Notes under the pieces: generated by a model
Databases searched by the model: none
The model's input: the letters and a program-made list of their open reading frames with translations, nothing else
What the model was told of the DNA's origin: nothing
Part shown: positions 41,849 through 50,697 of the stretch, one piece after another
Layout: every line of letters begins with the position of its first letter
Numbering within the stretch: the first letter of the stretch is position 1
Made by a program: the position numbers and the translations under genes
From: a virus
DNA: 64,000 nucleotides
Direction: 5' to 3' (one strand)
IMG/VR virus record: IMGVR_UViG_3300037859_000002
Coordinates: 32,001 to 96,000 of that record

Positions 41849-42030
41849 TCATGGAATGCGGGGCAGGGTGGACCCAGTCGTCGTCACCGACGACGGGGAT
41901 GACCGCCATTGATCTCGCGATGCGCCGTCGGCGTGTCGGACGTTCCCGGGGAGCCGCCACGGGAACTCAGTTTGGTCGGCTCGGCCGGCGCCTGTTTTTT
42001 GGCGGTTCCATGCAGAAAGGAGCTCTCACG

Positions 42031-43542
42031 ATGACACGTGAGGAGATGATCGCGCGTGCCCGTGAGAGCGTCACCGGCATCCTGGCCAGTGGCGCTCCCG
42101 ACGCGGAAGCGTTGCTGACCAAGTCGCTGGGCGAGTTCGCCGACCACGTGGCGAACACGGTCGAGGACCTGGCCAAGGCGGAGGCGGAGCACGAGATCGA
42201 GGCCCCGCACGTCGTTCGTTTCGCCCAGGCGCTGGCTCAGGCCCAGGACCGGGTGAACAGCCTGTGTGAGGGCAACGAGTTCGTGCCCGGCACGGATGAG
42301 GCGCCGGTGAACGAGGCCACGGGCGAGATGCTCCAGGGCTGGATCGACCACGGCGAGCTGCTGCTGCGTGCCATGGTCAATGACCGGGCGACCCTGGCCA
42401 CCGACCAGGATCCCAAGGATGACCCGCGCGCGCTGATCATGGTGCCCGCCGCGGGTACAGAGGGGACCGACGCGGCCGTGGCGCTGAAGGTCGATGCGCC
42501 CGAGGAGCTGGCCAAGATGGCCACCGATCCGGCCGATCTGAAGGCGAGCTTCGCCCGACTGGGGAGCCACATGCTTTCGCTGGCCGGCGTCGATACCGAG
42601 CCGCTGGCGAAGGCCTGGGATGAAGCGCAGGGCGCCGAGCCGGCCGGTGAGGGCGCCGAGTCTGGCGGCGAGATGGGCGGCGAGATCAATCCACTCGAGG
42701 TGCTGGGCAAGCTCGCGGCCTCGATCATGCTCGTGGTCGACAGCCTGCAGAAGGCCGGTGGCGACATGGGTGGCGACCCCGAGGGTGGGAACGCGCCGCC
42801 GCCGATGGCGGCCCGGCCCGAGCCGGGCGCGAAGGTTCCGGCCGACGGAGCGCCCGACGAGAGCGGTGAGGGCGGTGAGGGCGGTGAGGGCGGTGAGGGC
42901 GAGAAGAAGCGGCCCCCGTTTGCCAAGGCGGTGCGGCGCCTGACGCTGACCAAGGCGGATGTCGAGGCCCTGACCGTGTTCCAGGATCCCGTGTCGGGCG
43001 AGGATCTGGGCCTGACCGACGACGGCCTGGTCGTTGACCTGGAGGACGGCGAGATCCTGGGCGTGGCCAACGAGGCCGCGGACGGGTCGGTCGTGATCGA
43101 TCCGCCGACGGACGAGGTGCTGGCCGCGGCGGGCATCGAGCTCGAGCCGGTCGGCGAGGATGATCCTGCGCCCGAGGAGATCGAGGAAAAGGCTGGCGCG
43201 GAGGCTGAGCCTGAGGCTGAGAAGGCGGCCGGCGCGAGTGCGCTGGTCAAGGCCGAGCCCTCGCCCGAGGTGGTCGAGGCCCTGAACGCCGCGGCCCAGG
43301 CGTTGACCACGATGAGCGCCCGCCTGGAGAAGTCCGAGGCGGAGATCAAGTTGCTGAAGACCCAGCCGGCGGCGCCCAAGGGCTTCGTCCGGGCGGTCGA
43401 CAAGGGCGGCGAGGGCGTCACCATCGAGGGCCGCACCGAGACCGTGAACATCGAGGAGCTGCGCAAGCGCGACCCGCAGGCGGCGACGCTCCTCGAGATC
43501 AAGAACATCCACAGCGCCGGCGGCCGTCCCTTCATGGGCTGA
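42031..43542 (+). CDS. putative scaffolding protein
   Basis: very acidic; many LxKA sites; C-terminal coiled coil then QPAAPKG; AAAGGAG RBS; precedes the capsid gene. Confidence 0.65.
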   Translation: MTREEMIARARESVTGILASGAPDAEALLTKSLGEFADHVANTVEDLAKAEAEHEIEAPHVVRFAQALAQAQDRVNSLCEGNEFVPGTDEAPVNEATGEMLQGWIDHGELLLRAMVNDRATLATDQDPKDDPRALIMVPAAGTEGTDAAVALKVDAPEELAKMATDPADLKASFARLGSHMLSLAGVDTEPLAKAWDEAQGAEPAGEGAESGGEMGGEINPLEVLGKLAASIMLVVDSLQKAGGDMGGDPEGGNAPPPMAARPEPGAKVPADGAPDESGEGGEGGEGGEGEKKRPPFAKAVRRLTLTKADVEALTVFQDPVSGEDLGLTDDGLVVDLEDGEILGVANEAADGSVVIDPPTDEVLAAAGIELEPVGEDDPAPEEIEEKAGAEAEPEAEKAAGASALVKAEPSPEVVEALNAAAQALTTMSARLEKSEAEIKLLKTQPAAPKGFVRAVDKGGEGVTIEGRTETVNIEELRKRDPQAATLLEIKNIHSAGGRPFMG

Positions 43543-43713
43543 CCGGCCGCGACTGACCTTGCCTGCCCGGCCCGCGTTCCGCGGCCGGGGCTACGCGTAT
43601 TTGCCTATCACACACTGATGGGATCGGCCCCCGCTCGTCACCTCCGCTTGAGCACCGGACCCGCCCGTACCCGCCGCATGGGCAGCGGTCTTCCGACACA
43701 GGGATGTGTTCCG

Positions 43714-45222
43714 GTGATCAATCCTTCAATCGCGACCGTTCTGGCGATGATCCAGAAGTCTGTCGAGGGCAACCTCGGCGTGGGCAATGGCAACGAGCTG
43801 GCCAAGGCCTTCACCCAGTCGAACAACCAGCTCACGGGTCTGACCGCCTTCGATCTCGAAGGGCCGGCCAAGACCTTCACCCCGATCATCACGCCGCTGC
43901 GCAACATGCTGCCGCGCGTCAGCGGCGGCATGGGCATCCAGGCCAACTGGAGGGCCATCACTGCCATCGGTTCGGCCGGCATGTCGGTCGGTGTCAGCGA
44001 GGGCGCCCGCGGCGGCCTGGTGACCACCACTGTCAAGGAATACCTGGCCGCGTATCGCACGCTGGGCATCGAAGACAGCGCGACCTTCGAGGCGGATCAG
44101 GCCTCGCAGGGCTTCGACGACGTGAAGGCCCGTGCTGTGCAGGGCGTGCTCAAGCACCTGATGCAGTATGAGGAGACGGTGATCATCGGCGGCGCCGGCA
44201 CCCAGGCGCTGGGTGTGACCCCGACGCCGACCCTGTCGACCGCCACGACCGGCGGTACGATCGCGGCGACCACCACGGTGTCGGTCATCTGCGTGGCGCT
44301 CACGCTCGAGGGCTGGGCCTTCACCCAGCAGAACGGCGGCATCGGCGGCCAGATCACCCGCACGAACGCCGACGGAACGACCACGCAGTATGGGTCTGGC
44401 TCGGCGCAGAAGTCGGCCAACGCCACCGTGGTCACGGGTGGCACCACGACCAACACGGTCAGCGCGAGCGTGACGCCCGTGCGCGGTGCCGTGGGCTACG
44501 CCTGGTATGTCGGGCCGGCGGCCTCGGAGCGCTACGCCGGGGTGACGACCATCAACTCGATCCTGGTGACCGCGCTGCCTTCTGGCACGGCGCTGATGAT
44601 CGGTGGCGGCTCCACCGACTACTCGACGAACGCCACAATCCACGATGGCTTCCTGGGGCTGGCGACGCCGGTTGCCTCGGGCGCCTACTGGGCGACCCAG
44701 CCCACAGGCACCGCCGGCACGGGCACGCCGCTGACGGCTGACGGTGCGGGCGGCATCGTCGAGATCGACACGATGCTCGAGTCCTACTGGACGAACTACC
44801 GCATGAGCCCGACCGAGATCTGGGTGAACCAGCAGGAGATGGCCGGGCTGCGCAAGAAGGTGCTGACCGGCACCTCGACGGCGGCGCAGCGGTTCACTTT
44901 CCAGACCGCGCAGGGGAACATCGTCGCCTCCGGCCTGGTCCGGGGCTACCTGAACCCGTTCGGGATGGGGATGGCCATGGAGGTGCCGATCAAGCTGCAC
45001 CCGAGCGTGCCGCCCGGCACGATCCTGGCCCTGGCCCACGAGCTGCCCTACCAGTTGAGTGGTGTGCAGAACGTGAACCAGATCAAGTGCCGCAGGGACT
45101 ACTACCAATTGGAATGGCCGTTGCGCACCCGGAAATATGAGTACGGCGTGTACACCGATCAGGTCCTGCAGTGCTACTTCCCGCCCTCGATTGGTGTGAT
45201 CACCAACATCGCGCGCGGCTGA
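43714..45222 (+). CDS. major capsid protein
   Basis: LAKAFTQ..GLTAFDLEGPAK...TPLRNMLPRVSGGMG...RRDYYQLEWP; follows the scaffold; start uncertain. Confidence 0.8.
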   Translation: MINPSIATVLAMIQKSVEGNLGVGNGNELAKAFTQSNNQLTGLTAFDLEGPAKTFTPIITPLRNMLPRVSGGMGIQANWRAITAIGSAGMSVGVSEGARGGLVTTTVKEYLAAYRTLGIEDSATFEADQASQGFDDVKARAVQGVLKHLMQYEETVIIGGAGTQALGVTPTPTLSTATTGGTIAATTTVSVICVALTLEGWAFTQQNGGIGGQITRTNADGTTTQYGSGSAQKSANATVVTGGTTTNTVSASVTPVRGAVGYAWYVGPAASERYAGVTTINSILVTALPSGTALMIGGGSTDYSTNATIHDGFLGLATPVASGAYWATQPTGTAGTGTPLTADGAGGIVEIDTMLESYWTNYRMSPTEIWVNQQEMAGLRKKVLTGTSTAAQRFTFQTAQGNIVASGLVRGYLNPFGMGMAMEVPIKLHPSVPPGTILALAHELPYQLSGVQNVNQIKCRRDYYQLEWPLRTRKYEYGVYTDQVLQCYFPPSIGVITNIARG

Positions 45223-45230
45223 ACTGAACA

Positions 45231-45268
45231 AGGCCGGGTGGATACTCTCCACCCGGCCTATTCTATTT
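45231..45268 (+). terminator. terminator after the capsid gene
   Basis: AGGCCGGGTGGA TACTC TCCACCCGGCCT ATTCTATTT. Confidence 0.65.
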
Positions 45269-45283
45269 GGAGGATGCTTCGTA

Positions 45284-45682
45284 ATGCAACTCTACCGGGT
45301 CACCCCCTCGGATGTTTCCTGCGTCAGCGTCGACGGCATGATGATCCCCATCGCCGACGGCATGTTCGAGCACGAGGGCCTGCCGACCGCTGCGATCAAC
45401 GCGCTCGCCGAACACGGCGTCAGGGTCGAGCTCGTGCCCACCCCGCCGGCTCCCGCGCCCCAGCCACCGGCGGACGTGCCGGACCAGCCGGCTCCCGCGC
45501 CCCAGCCACCGGCGGACGTGCCCACCCCGCCGGCTCCCGCGCCCCAGCCCACCGAGGCCGAGGAAAAGGCCGCCCTGCTCACCCAGCTGCACGCCCTGGG
45601 CGTCGATCCCGACAAGCGCCGCTCGGTGAAGCAGCTGCGCACCATCCTGCAGGAACTCACGGCCACCAAGGCCGAGAACTGA
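45284..45682 (+). CDS. small virion protein with Pro-rich repeats
   Basis: three copies of PAPAPQP; GGAGG RBS. Confidence 0.7.
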   Translation: MQLYRVTPSDVSCVSVDGMMIPIADGMFEHEGLPTAAINALAEHGVRVELVPTPPAPAPQPPADVPDQPAPAPQPPADVPTPPAPAPQPTEAEEKAALLTQLHALGVDPDKRRSVKQLRTILQELTATKAEN

Positions 45683-45685
45683 TCC

Positions 45686-46231
45686 GTGGTCGCGCTCGTC
45701 ACGCTCAACGAGGCCAAGGCCTGGATGAGCATCACCGACAGCGCCCAGGACACACAGATCACCGACCTGATCACCAAGGCCTCGGCCGCCGTCGAAGACT
45801 ACCTCGACCGACCAGCGACCTCCCAGGCGAGCACCGAGCTCTATGACGGCCTGGGCGGGCGCCGGCTGTTCACCAGTCGCTGGCCGATCACGGCCGTTTC
45901 CTCGATCCTGATCGACGGCCAGGCAGTCGCGTCCGGCACCTTCGTGTTCCAGGGACGGATGATCCAACTGCGCTCCGGGACCTTCACCCTGGGCGAGCTC
46001 AACGTCGAGGTCACATACACGGCCGGCTGGACGACCCTGCCCGATGAGGTGCGGACCGCGACGCTGATGACCCTGCAGGCCATGCTGTTCGGCACCGCCG
46101 CCGATCCAAACCTGGTCTCGGAGAGCGCGGGCGGCGTCTTCGGCGGCTCTTTCATCAGCACCGGTCCGGGATCGATCCCGCCGGCGGCGCGCTCCTATCT
46201 CGATTCCCATCTCCCGACGTTCATGCCCTGA
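45686..46231 (+). CDS. head-tail connector/adaptor
   Basis: LVTLNEAKAWM..TD...D..I..LI..AS..VE.YL.R; VEVTYTAGW..LP. Confidence 0.8.
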   Translation: MVALVTLNEAKAWMSITDSAQDTQITDLITKASAAVEDYLDRPATSQASTELYDGLGGRRLFTSRWPITAVSSILIDGQAVASGTFVFQGRMIQLRSGTFTLGELNVEVTYTAGWTTLPDEVRTATLMTLQAMLFGTAADPNLVSESAGGVFGGSFISTGPGSIPPAARSYLDSHLPTFMP

Positions 46232-46815
46232 TGCGCCGCAGCGATTACGTCGCCCACCGCATCGGGGTCCGGACCCGCCAGCGCGGGGGCACCGCGACCC
46301 TCAGGCACGTCACAAGCTCCGGCGGCCCGCAGGCGGCGATGAACCCCCCCAGGGTCGTGAGCGCGGTCGTCAACGGCGCCTTCGCTGGCGGCGCCACGAG
46401 CATGAGCCTGCGCGCCACCACCGCGGTGGGGCGCCTGCTCGCCGGCGATCGCATCCTGGTCGGGCCCCAGACCATCCTGGTCACCGGAACGGCGCTCGCG
46501 GTCGCCAACGTCTGGACCGCGATCCCGGTCCAGGCACTGCTCGTCGGCCTCTCGGATGGCCAGGCTGCGACCTTTTCGTGGGCGGCGGATGAGACGGTTG
46601 CGGCCGAGGGCATGCAGCTGGACCAGCGCTGGTTCCCCGGCACAGAGATCAGCGGCAGCGACAGCCAGGTCCTGGTGCCAGCCCAGGGGCTGAGCCAACC
46701 GCCGCGTCTGGGCGACCTCCTGATCTGGGCCGGGGCCGACCACAAGGTTCTGGGTGTCGCCTCCAAGCTCGTGCAGGGGCAGGTCGTGCAATGGGTTCTG
46801 TTGCTCAGGAAGTAG
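46231..46815 (+). CDS. putative head closure protein
   Basis: position after the adaptor; C-terminal P.LGD.L......KV....WVLLLRK. Confidence 0.55.
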   Translation: MRRSDYVAHRIGVRTRQRGGTATLRHVTSSGGPQAAMNPPRVVSAVVNGAFAGGATSMSLRATTAVGRLLAGDRILVGPQTILVTGTALAVANVWTAIPVQALLVGLSDGQAATFSWAADETVAAEGMQLDQRWFPGTEISGSDSQVLVPAQGLSQPPRLGDLLIWAGADHKVLGVASKLVQGQVVQWVLLLRK

Positions 46816-46818
46816 CGC

Positions 46819-47220
46819 ATGCCGATCTCCGAAGAAGCCAATTCGCGCATCAGCGTCCTGGAAAGCAACCAACGCGAGTCCAGTGAAGATGTCAGACAAC
46901 TAACGACTGACGTGCGCGAACTTACCAAGGCGGTCTCCGGTCTCTCACAGTCTGTCGCGGTACTGGCCGAGCGCGTCTCGATCGTCGGGCCCGCCTACCA
47001 GAAGGTGCTCCTCGATCTCGAGACGATGACCAGGAACAACGCGACCCTGAATTTGCAGGTCGCGACCCTGACCGAGAAACTGCTCGCGATCTCGGCCCAG
47101 GTGTCGAGTTCGACATCCGGCAGCTCGGTGAAGTATGGCGCCGCTGGCGCCGGCGGCGGCAGCGTCGCCTTCGGCATCTACGAGCTGGCCAAACTTTTCT
47201 TCGGTCGCGGCGGTGGCTGA
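46819..47220 (+). CDS. coiled-coil protein with C-terminal TM (holin/XhlA-like)
   Basis: heptad repeats then a GAAGAGGGSVAFGIYEL hydrophobic tail. Confidence 0.45.
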   Translation: MPISEEANSRISVLESNQRESSEDVRQLTTDVRELTKAVSGLSQSVAVLAERVSIVGPAYQKVLLDLETMTRNNATLNLQVATLTEKLLAISAQVSSSTSGSSVKYGAAGAGGGSVAFGIYELAKLFFGRGGG

Positions 47221-47950
47221 GGATTTTTCGGTCTCGGTCGCCCGCTGGTGCGAAAAGGCCAAGGGCAGGGCCGACGAGGCCTTCCGCGGTATCGCCCAGG
47301 CGGCCCTGGTGCGGGTGCAGCAGCTCACGCCCGTCGATACGGGCTACCTGCGCGCCAACTGGGTCGCCATGAAGGAAGGTGACCCGGTGCCCAAGGCGGC
47401 GCCCCGATCCGCTCCGGGAGGCATCGCCAGCACCATCGGCGGCGCCGGCGGCGGCATCGCCGGCAAGGCCGTGGCCGTGCGCGCTCTGGGCGGTGCCCTG
47501 GGCCCGGTGGGCAGCATCGGTGGCGCCATCGTTGGCACCGTGGGAGGGCAGGTCGCCGAGGGTGGTGAGATCAACGTCGCCGGCGCCCTGGGCTCGGCCG
47601 CGGGCACCGCGGTCGGCGCCACCCTGGGATCGGCGGTGCCAATCGCGGGCACCATCATCGGCGGCGCCGTCGGTGGCGTCGTCGGCGGCATCGCTGGCGA
47701 AGCCCTGGCCACGGCCGTTTCCAGTCCTGATGGCGGGCGCGGCGGCGGCATCGCCAGCGCCAGGGTGGGCGACAAGATCATCCTGCTGAACCCCGTGGCC
47801 TACGCCAGGCGCATTGAATACGGCTTCGTCGGCCAGGACAGCCTGGGCCGGCGCTTCAACCAGCCGGGGCGCGGCATGGCCCAGCAGACCATGGCCGAGA
47901 TCCCATCGATCGCCGAGCGCGTGCTCGCCGACATGAAGGGCCAGGGATGA
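47213..47950 (+). CDS. HK97 gp10-like tail completion protein with glycine-zipper insertion
   Basis: TPVDTGYLRANW...NPVAYARRIEYG...QPGRGM. Confidence 0.8.
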   Translation: MAEDFSVSVARWCEKAKGRADEAFRGIAQAALVRVQQLTPVDTGYLRANWVAMKEGDPVPKAAPRSAPGGIASTIGGAGGGIAGKAVAVRALGGALGPVGSIGGAIVGTVGGQVAEGGEINVAGALGSAAGTAVGATLGSAVPIAGTIIGGAVGGVVGGIAGEALATAVSSPDGGRGGGIASARVGDKIILLNPVAYARRIEYGFVGQDSLGRRFNQPGRGMAQQTMAEIPSIAERVLADMKGQG

Positions 47951-48354
47951 GCATCGCGGCCATCGAAGCGGTCCTGCACGATCGACTGGCGCTGCTCACG
48001 GGCATCGATATCGCCTGGCCCGACCAGCCGTATGTACCGACGGTGGGACGCCCCTACCTGGCGCCCACCCTGGTGGCCAGGCAGCGCCGCAGCATGGGCG
48101 CCGGCCCGTCGGCCGCGCACCAGTGGATCGGCACCTACCAGGTCTCGGTCTACTGGCCGGCAGGCGAAGGGCCAGGCGCCTACAACGCCCAGATCGACGC
48201 CCTGATCGCGCACTTCCCACGGGCGCTGACGCTGCCCACCAGTGCGGGCCGCCCGGTGATCATCGAGGAGGCGACGCCCCAGCCGAAATACGATGCAGGC
48301 GACTGGGTCAACGCCCCGGTGGTCATGCAGTGGTTCCTCAACATCGGAGACTGA
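47947..48354 (+). CDS. tail terminator (DUF4128-like)
   Basis: IAWPDQPYVP...YL...GTYQVSVYWPAGEG...AHFPR. Confidence 0.75.
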   Translation: MSIAAIEAVLHDRLALLTGIDIAWPDQPYVPTVGRPYLAPTLVARQRRSMGAGPSAAHQWIGTYQVSVYWPAGEGPGAYNAQIDALIAHFPRALTLPTSAGRPVIIEEATPQPKYDAGDWVNAPVVMQWFLNIGD

Positions 48355-48356
48355 GC

Positions 48357-48545
48357 ATGTACCGGGTCCTCGCCTACGAGCTGAAGCGTCACGATCGCAT
48401 CTACTTCCGCGGCGAGGTCCACGACTTCGCCGAGTGGCCGGACGAAGCGCGCGCCAAGGATCTGCAGGAGGCGCTCGGCGCCGGCCTGATCGAAGCGCTC
48501 GAGCCGGGCGCCGCCGACGAGGCCGAAGCAACGCCGGCTGATTGA
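48357..48545 (+). CDS. small virion protein
   Basis: MYRVLA..LKRHDRIYFRGE...AL.AGLIE. Confidence 0.6.
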   Translation: MYRVLAYELKRHDRIYFRGEVHDFAEWPDEARAKDLQEALGAGLIEALEPGAADEAEATPAD

Positions 48546-48609
48546 TCTGCTGATCCAGAGATAAGGCGGCCCGCGCCCTCGCGGCGGCCGCCAACCCGTG
48601 CCCGCAGAT

Positions 48610-48623
48610 CACATCAGAATGTG
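48610..48623. promoter_or_regulatory. operator-like palindrome
   Basis: AT CACATCAGAATGTG AT upstream of the tail tube gene. Confidence 0.7.
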
Positions 48624-48648
48624 ATTACCAGCAGAAAGGACCATCGCA

Positions 48649-49866
48649 ATGGCGTTCGCAAAGGGCATCCAGAAGGAACTGGTGCTGGCGCGGGAAACCA
48701 CGTTCGGGGTACCCGCCTCCGGAGCCGGGACGGTGCTGCGGCGCGTCAGCGGTGGCATGCAGTTCTCCAAGGACATCTACCAGTCCAACGAGATCCTGCC
48801 CTCCCAGATGGTGCGTGACCTGCGCCACGGCGTCCGTCGCGTGCAGGGCAGCCTGTCGGGCCAGTTGAGCCCCGGCGCCTACGTCGATTTCTTCGAGGGC
48901 GTCGCGCGCCGGGCCTTCACCACGGGCATCAACACCGGGGCCCTCACCAACGTGACCGCCGCGGCCGGCCCGCCAGGCACGTTCACCCGCGCCGCGGGCG
49001 ACTACCTGACCGACGGCTTCAAGGTCGGCGACGTCGTGCGCTGGACCGGCTTCACCACCGGCGGCGTGGCGAACAACGCGCGCAACTACCGGATCACGGC
49101 CCTCACATCCACGGTCATGACCGTCACCGGCATCGGCAACGAGGTCGTGGCCGCCAAGGCCTCGGGCGACAGCGTCACCTGCACGGTCGTGGGCAAGAAG
49201 ACCTGGATGCCCTTCACCAGTCAGCAGTACTACAGCTACACGGTCGAGCAGTGGTTCGGCGACGTGCCGTCGAGCGAGCGCTACCTGGGCTGCCGCGTGC
49301 AGTCGGTTGGGCTCAACCTGCCCGCCACCGGCCTCGTGACCTTCGATGCCCAGATGGTGGGTCGCGACATCGTCACGCCCATCAGTAGCAGCCGACTGTT
49401 CGCCTCGCCCAACGGGCCGACGACCGACAACAGCCTCGCGGCCGTCAACGGGGCCCTGCGCTTCGGCGGCGTCGACATCGCCACCGTCGTGGCCGGCCAG
49501 GTGTCGTTCGCGACCGAACTCGAGGCCAATCCAGTGGTGGGCTCCAACATCGTCCCCGAGATCTTCCAGGCGCGCGTGCGCTGCGAGGGCAGCCTCACGG
49601 TCTACGTCACCGACCAGGCGCTGATGAACCAGCTGATCGACGAGACCGAGACGTCGCTGCACCTCTACCTGACCTCGGACAACTCGATCAACGCGCCCTT
49701 CGTGTCGATCGTGCTGCCCAGGATCAAGACGACCTCGGCGGCCAAGGGCGACAGCGACCGCTCGATCACGCAGCAGGTCAGCTTCGTCAGCCTGGAGAAC
49801 ATCGCCGGCGGCGCGGGCTTCAACTCGGAGCGCACGATCTTCTCGATCCAGGACAGCGCCGCCTGA
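48649..49866 (+). CDS. major tail tube protein
   Basis: RETTFGVP...LRRV.......K....SNEI......DLRHGVRRV.G; AAAGGA RBS. Confidence 0.85.
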   Translation: MAFAKGIQKELVLARETTFGVPASGAGTVLRRVSGGMQFSKDIYQSNEILPSQMVRDLRHGVRRVQGSLSGQLSPGAYVDFFEGVARRAFTTGINTGALTNVTAAAGPPGTFTRAAGDYLTDGFKVGDVVRWTGFTTGGVANNARNYRITALTSTVMTVTGIGNEVVAAKASGDSVTCTVVGKKTWMPFTSQQYYSYTVEQWFGDVPSSERYLGCRVQSVGLNLPATGLVTFDAQMVGRDIVTPISSSRLFASPNGPTTDNSLAAVNGALRFGGVDIATVVAGQVSFATELEANPVVGSNIVPEIFQARVRCEGSLTVYVTDQALMNQLIDETETSLHLYLTSDNSINAPFVSIVLPRIKTTSAAKGDSDRSITQQVSFVSLENIAGGAGFNSERTIFSIQDSAA

Positions 49867-49906
49867 GCGCCGTCGTCTGCTGAGTGAACCCCACACCGGA
49901 GGACCA

Positions 49907-50320
49907 ATGTTCGATATCGCCAAGCTCGACACATTCACCCGTGCCGAGGAGGGGGTGGCCATGGAAGTGGTCAACCCCCGCACCAACAAGGCCGTGCTCG
50001 ACGAGGAAGGCCGGCCGGTCACGATCACCCTGCTGGGCCGCAACAGCACCACGGCGCGCCAGACCTACACCAGGATCCGCGACCGGCAGATGGAGCGCGC
50101 CAACAAGGGCATCATCGCCAACGACGCCGAGAAGGATCGCGACGACGTCGAATATCTCTCGGCCTGCACGCTCGGCTGGTCCATGACCAGCATGGACGAC
50201 CAGCCCTTCGGCTTCAGCCCCGAAAATGCCAAGCGCCTCTGGGGCGACCCGCGCATGCGAACCGTGCGCGAGCAGGCCATGGCCTTCGTCCAGAACGACG
50301 GGAACTTCCTGCGGGACTGA
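49907..50320 (+). CDS. tail assembly chaperone (gpG-like)
   Basis: A.EGV.MEV..P...ITLLG..S...W......FSPENA..L...REQ...F..N.GNFL. Confidence 0.8.
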   Translation: MFDIAKLDTFTRAEEGVAMEVVNPRTNKAVLDEEGRPVTITLLGRNSTTARQTYTRIRDRQMERANKGIIANDAEKDRDDVEYLSACTLGWSMTSMDDQPFGFSPENAKRLWGDPRMRTVREQAMAFVQNDGNFLRD

Positions 50321-50364
50321 CGGGGCGGCTCCTCGAATTCGCCGAGCACCAGTTCAAGCTCGAC

Positions 50365-50694
50365 GTGCCCCTGCGTGACGGGGGCAGCCTGCGCGAGGCC
50401 CTGTTGAGCGTGCAGCGCCAGCTCAACAGGACTCCACCCGAGCTCGAGGGTCCGCCGCTGCCCGCCGCGGCCCAGGACATCTGGGCCGTCTTCCACCAAA
50501 TCGCCGCGGGCCGTGGCCTGTCGGCTCAGGGCTTCCCCGTGGCGCTCACCAACACCGAGATCCTGTCGTGGTCGATCCTGCGGGAGCGACGCCTCACCGA
50601 ATGGGGACTCGAGACCATCCGCCGCCTGGACGGACTTTACGTGGGCACCATGGCCAGGGGCCTGCGCGAGCTCATGCAGATCAAGGAGGGCTGA
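50365..50694 (+). CDS. tail assembly chaperone extension (gpT-like), probably reached by -1 frameshift
   Basis: open in the -1 frame from the GGGAACTTC region near 50300; P.LP.....IW..F..I...R.......AL...EI..W. Confidence 0.65.
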   Translation: MPLRDGGSLREALLSVQRQLNRTPPELEGPPLPAAAQDIWAVFHQIAAGRGLSAQGFPVALTNTEILSWSILRERRLTEWGLETIRRLDGLYVGTMARGLRELMQIKEG

Positions 50695-50697
50695 CCT

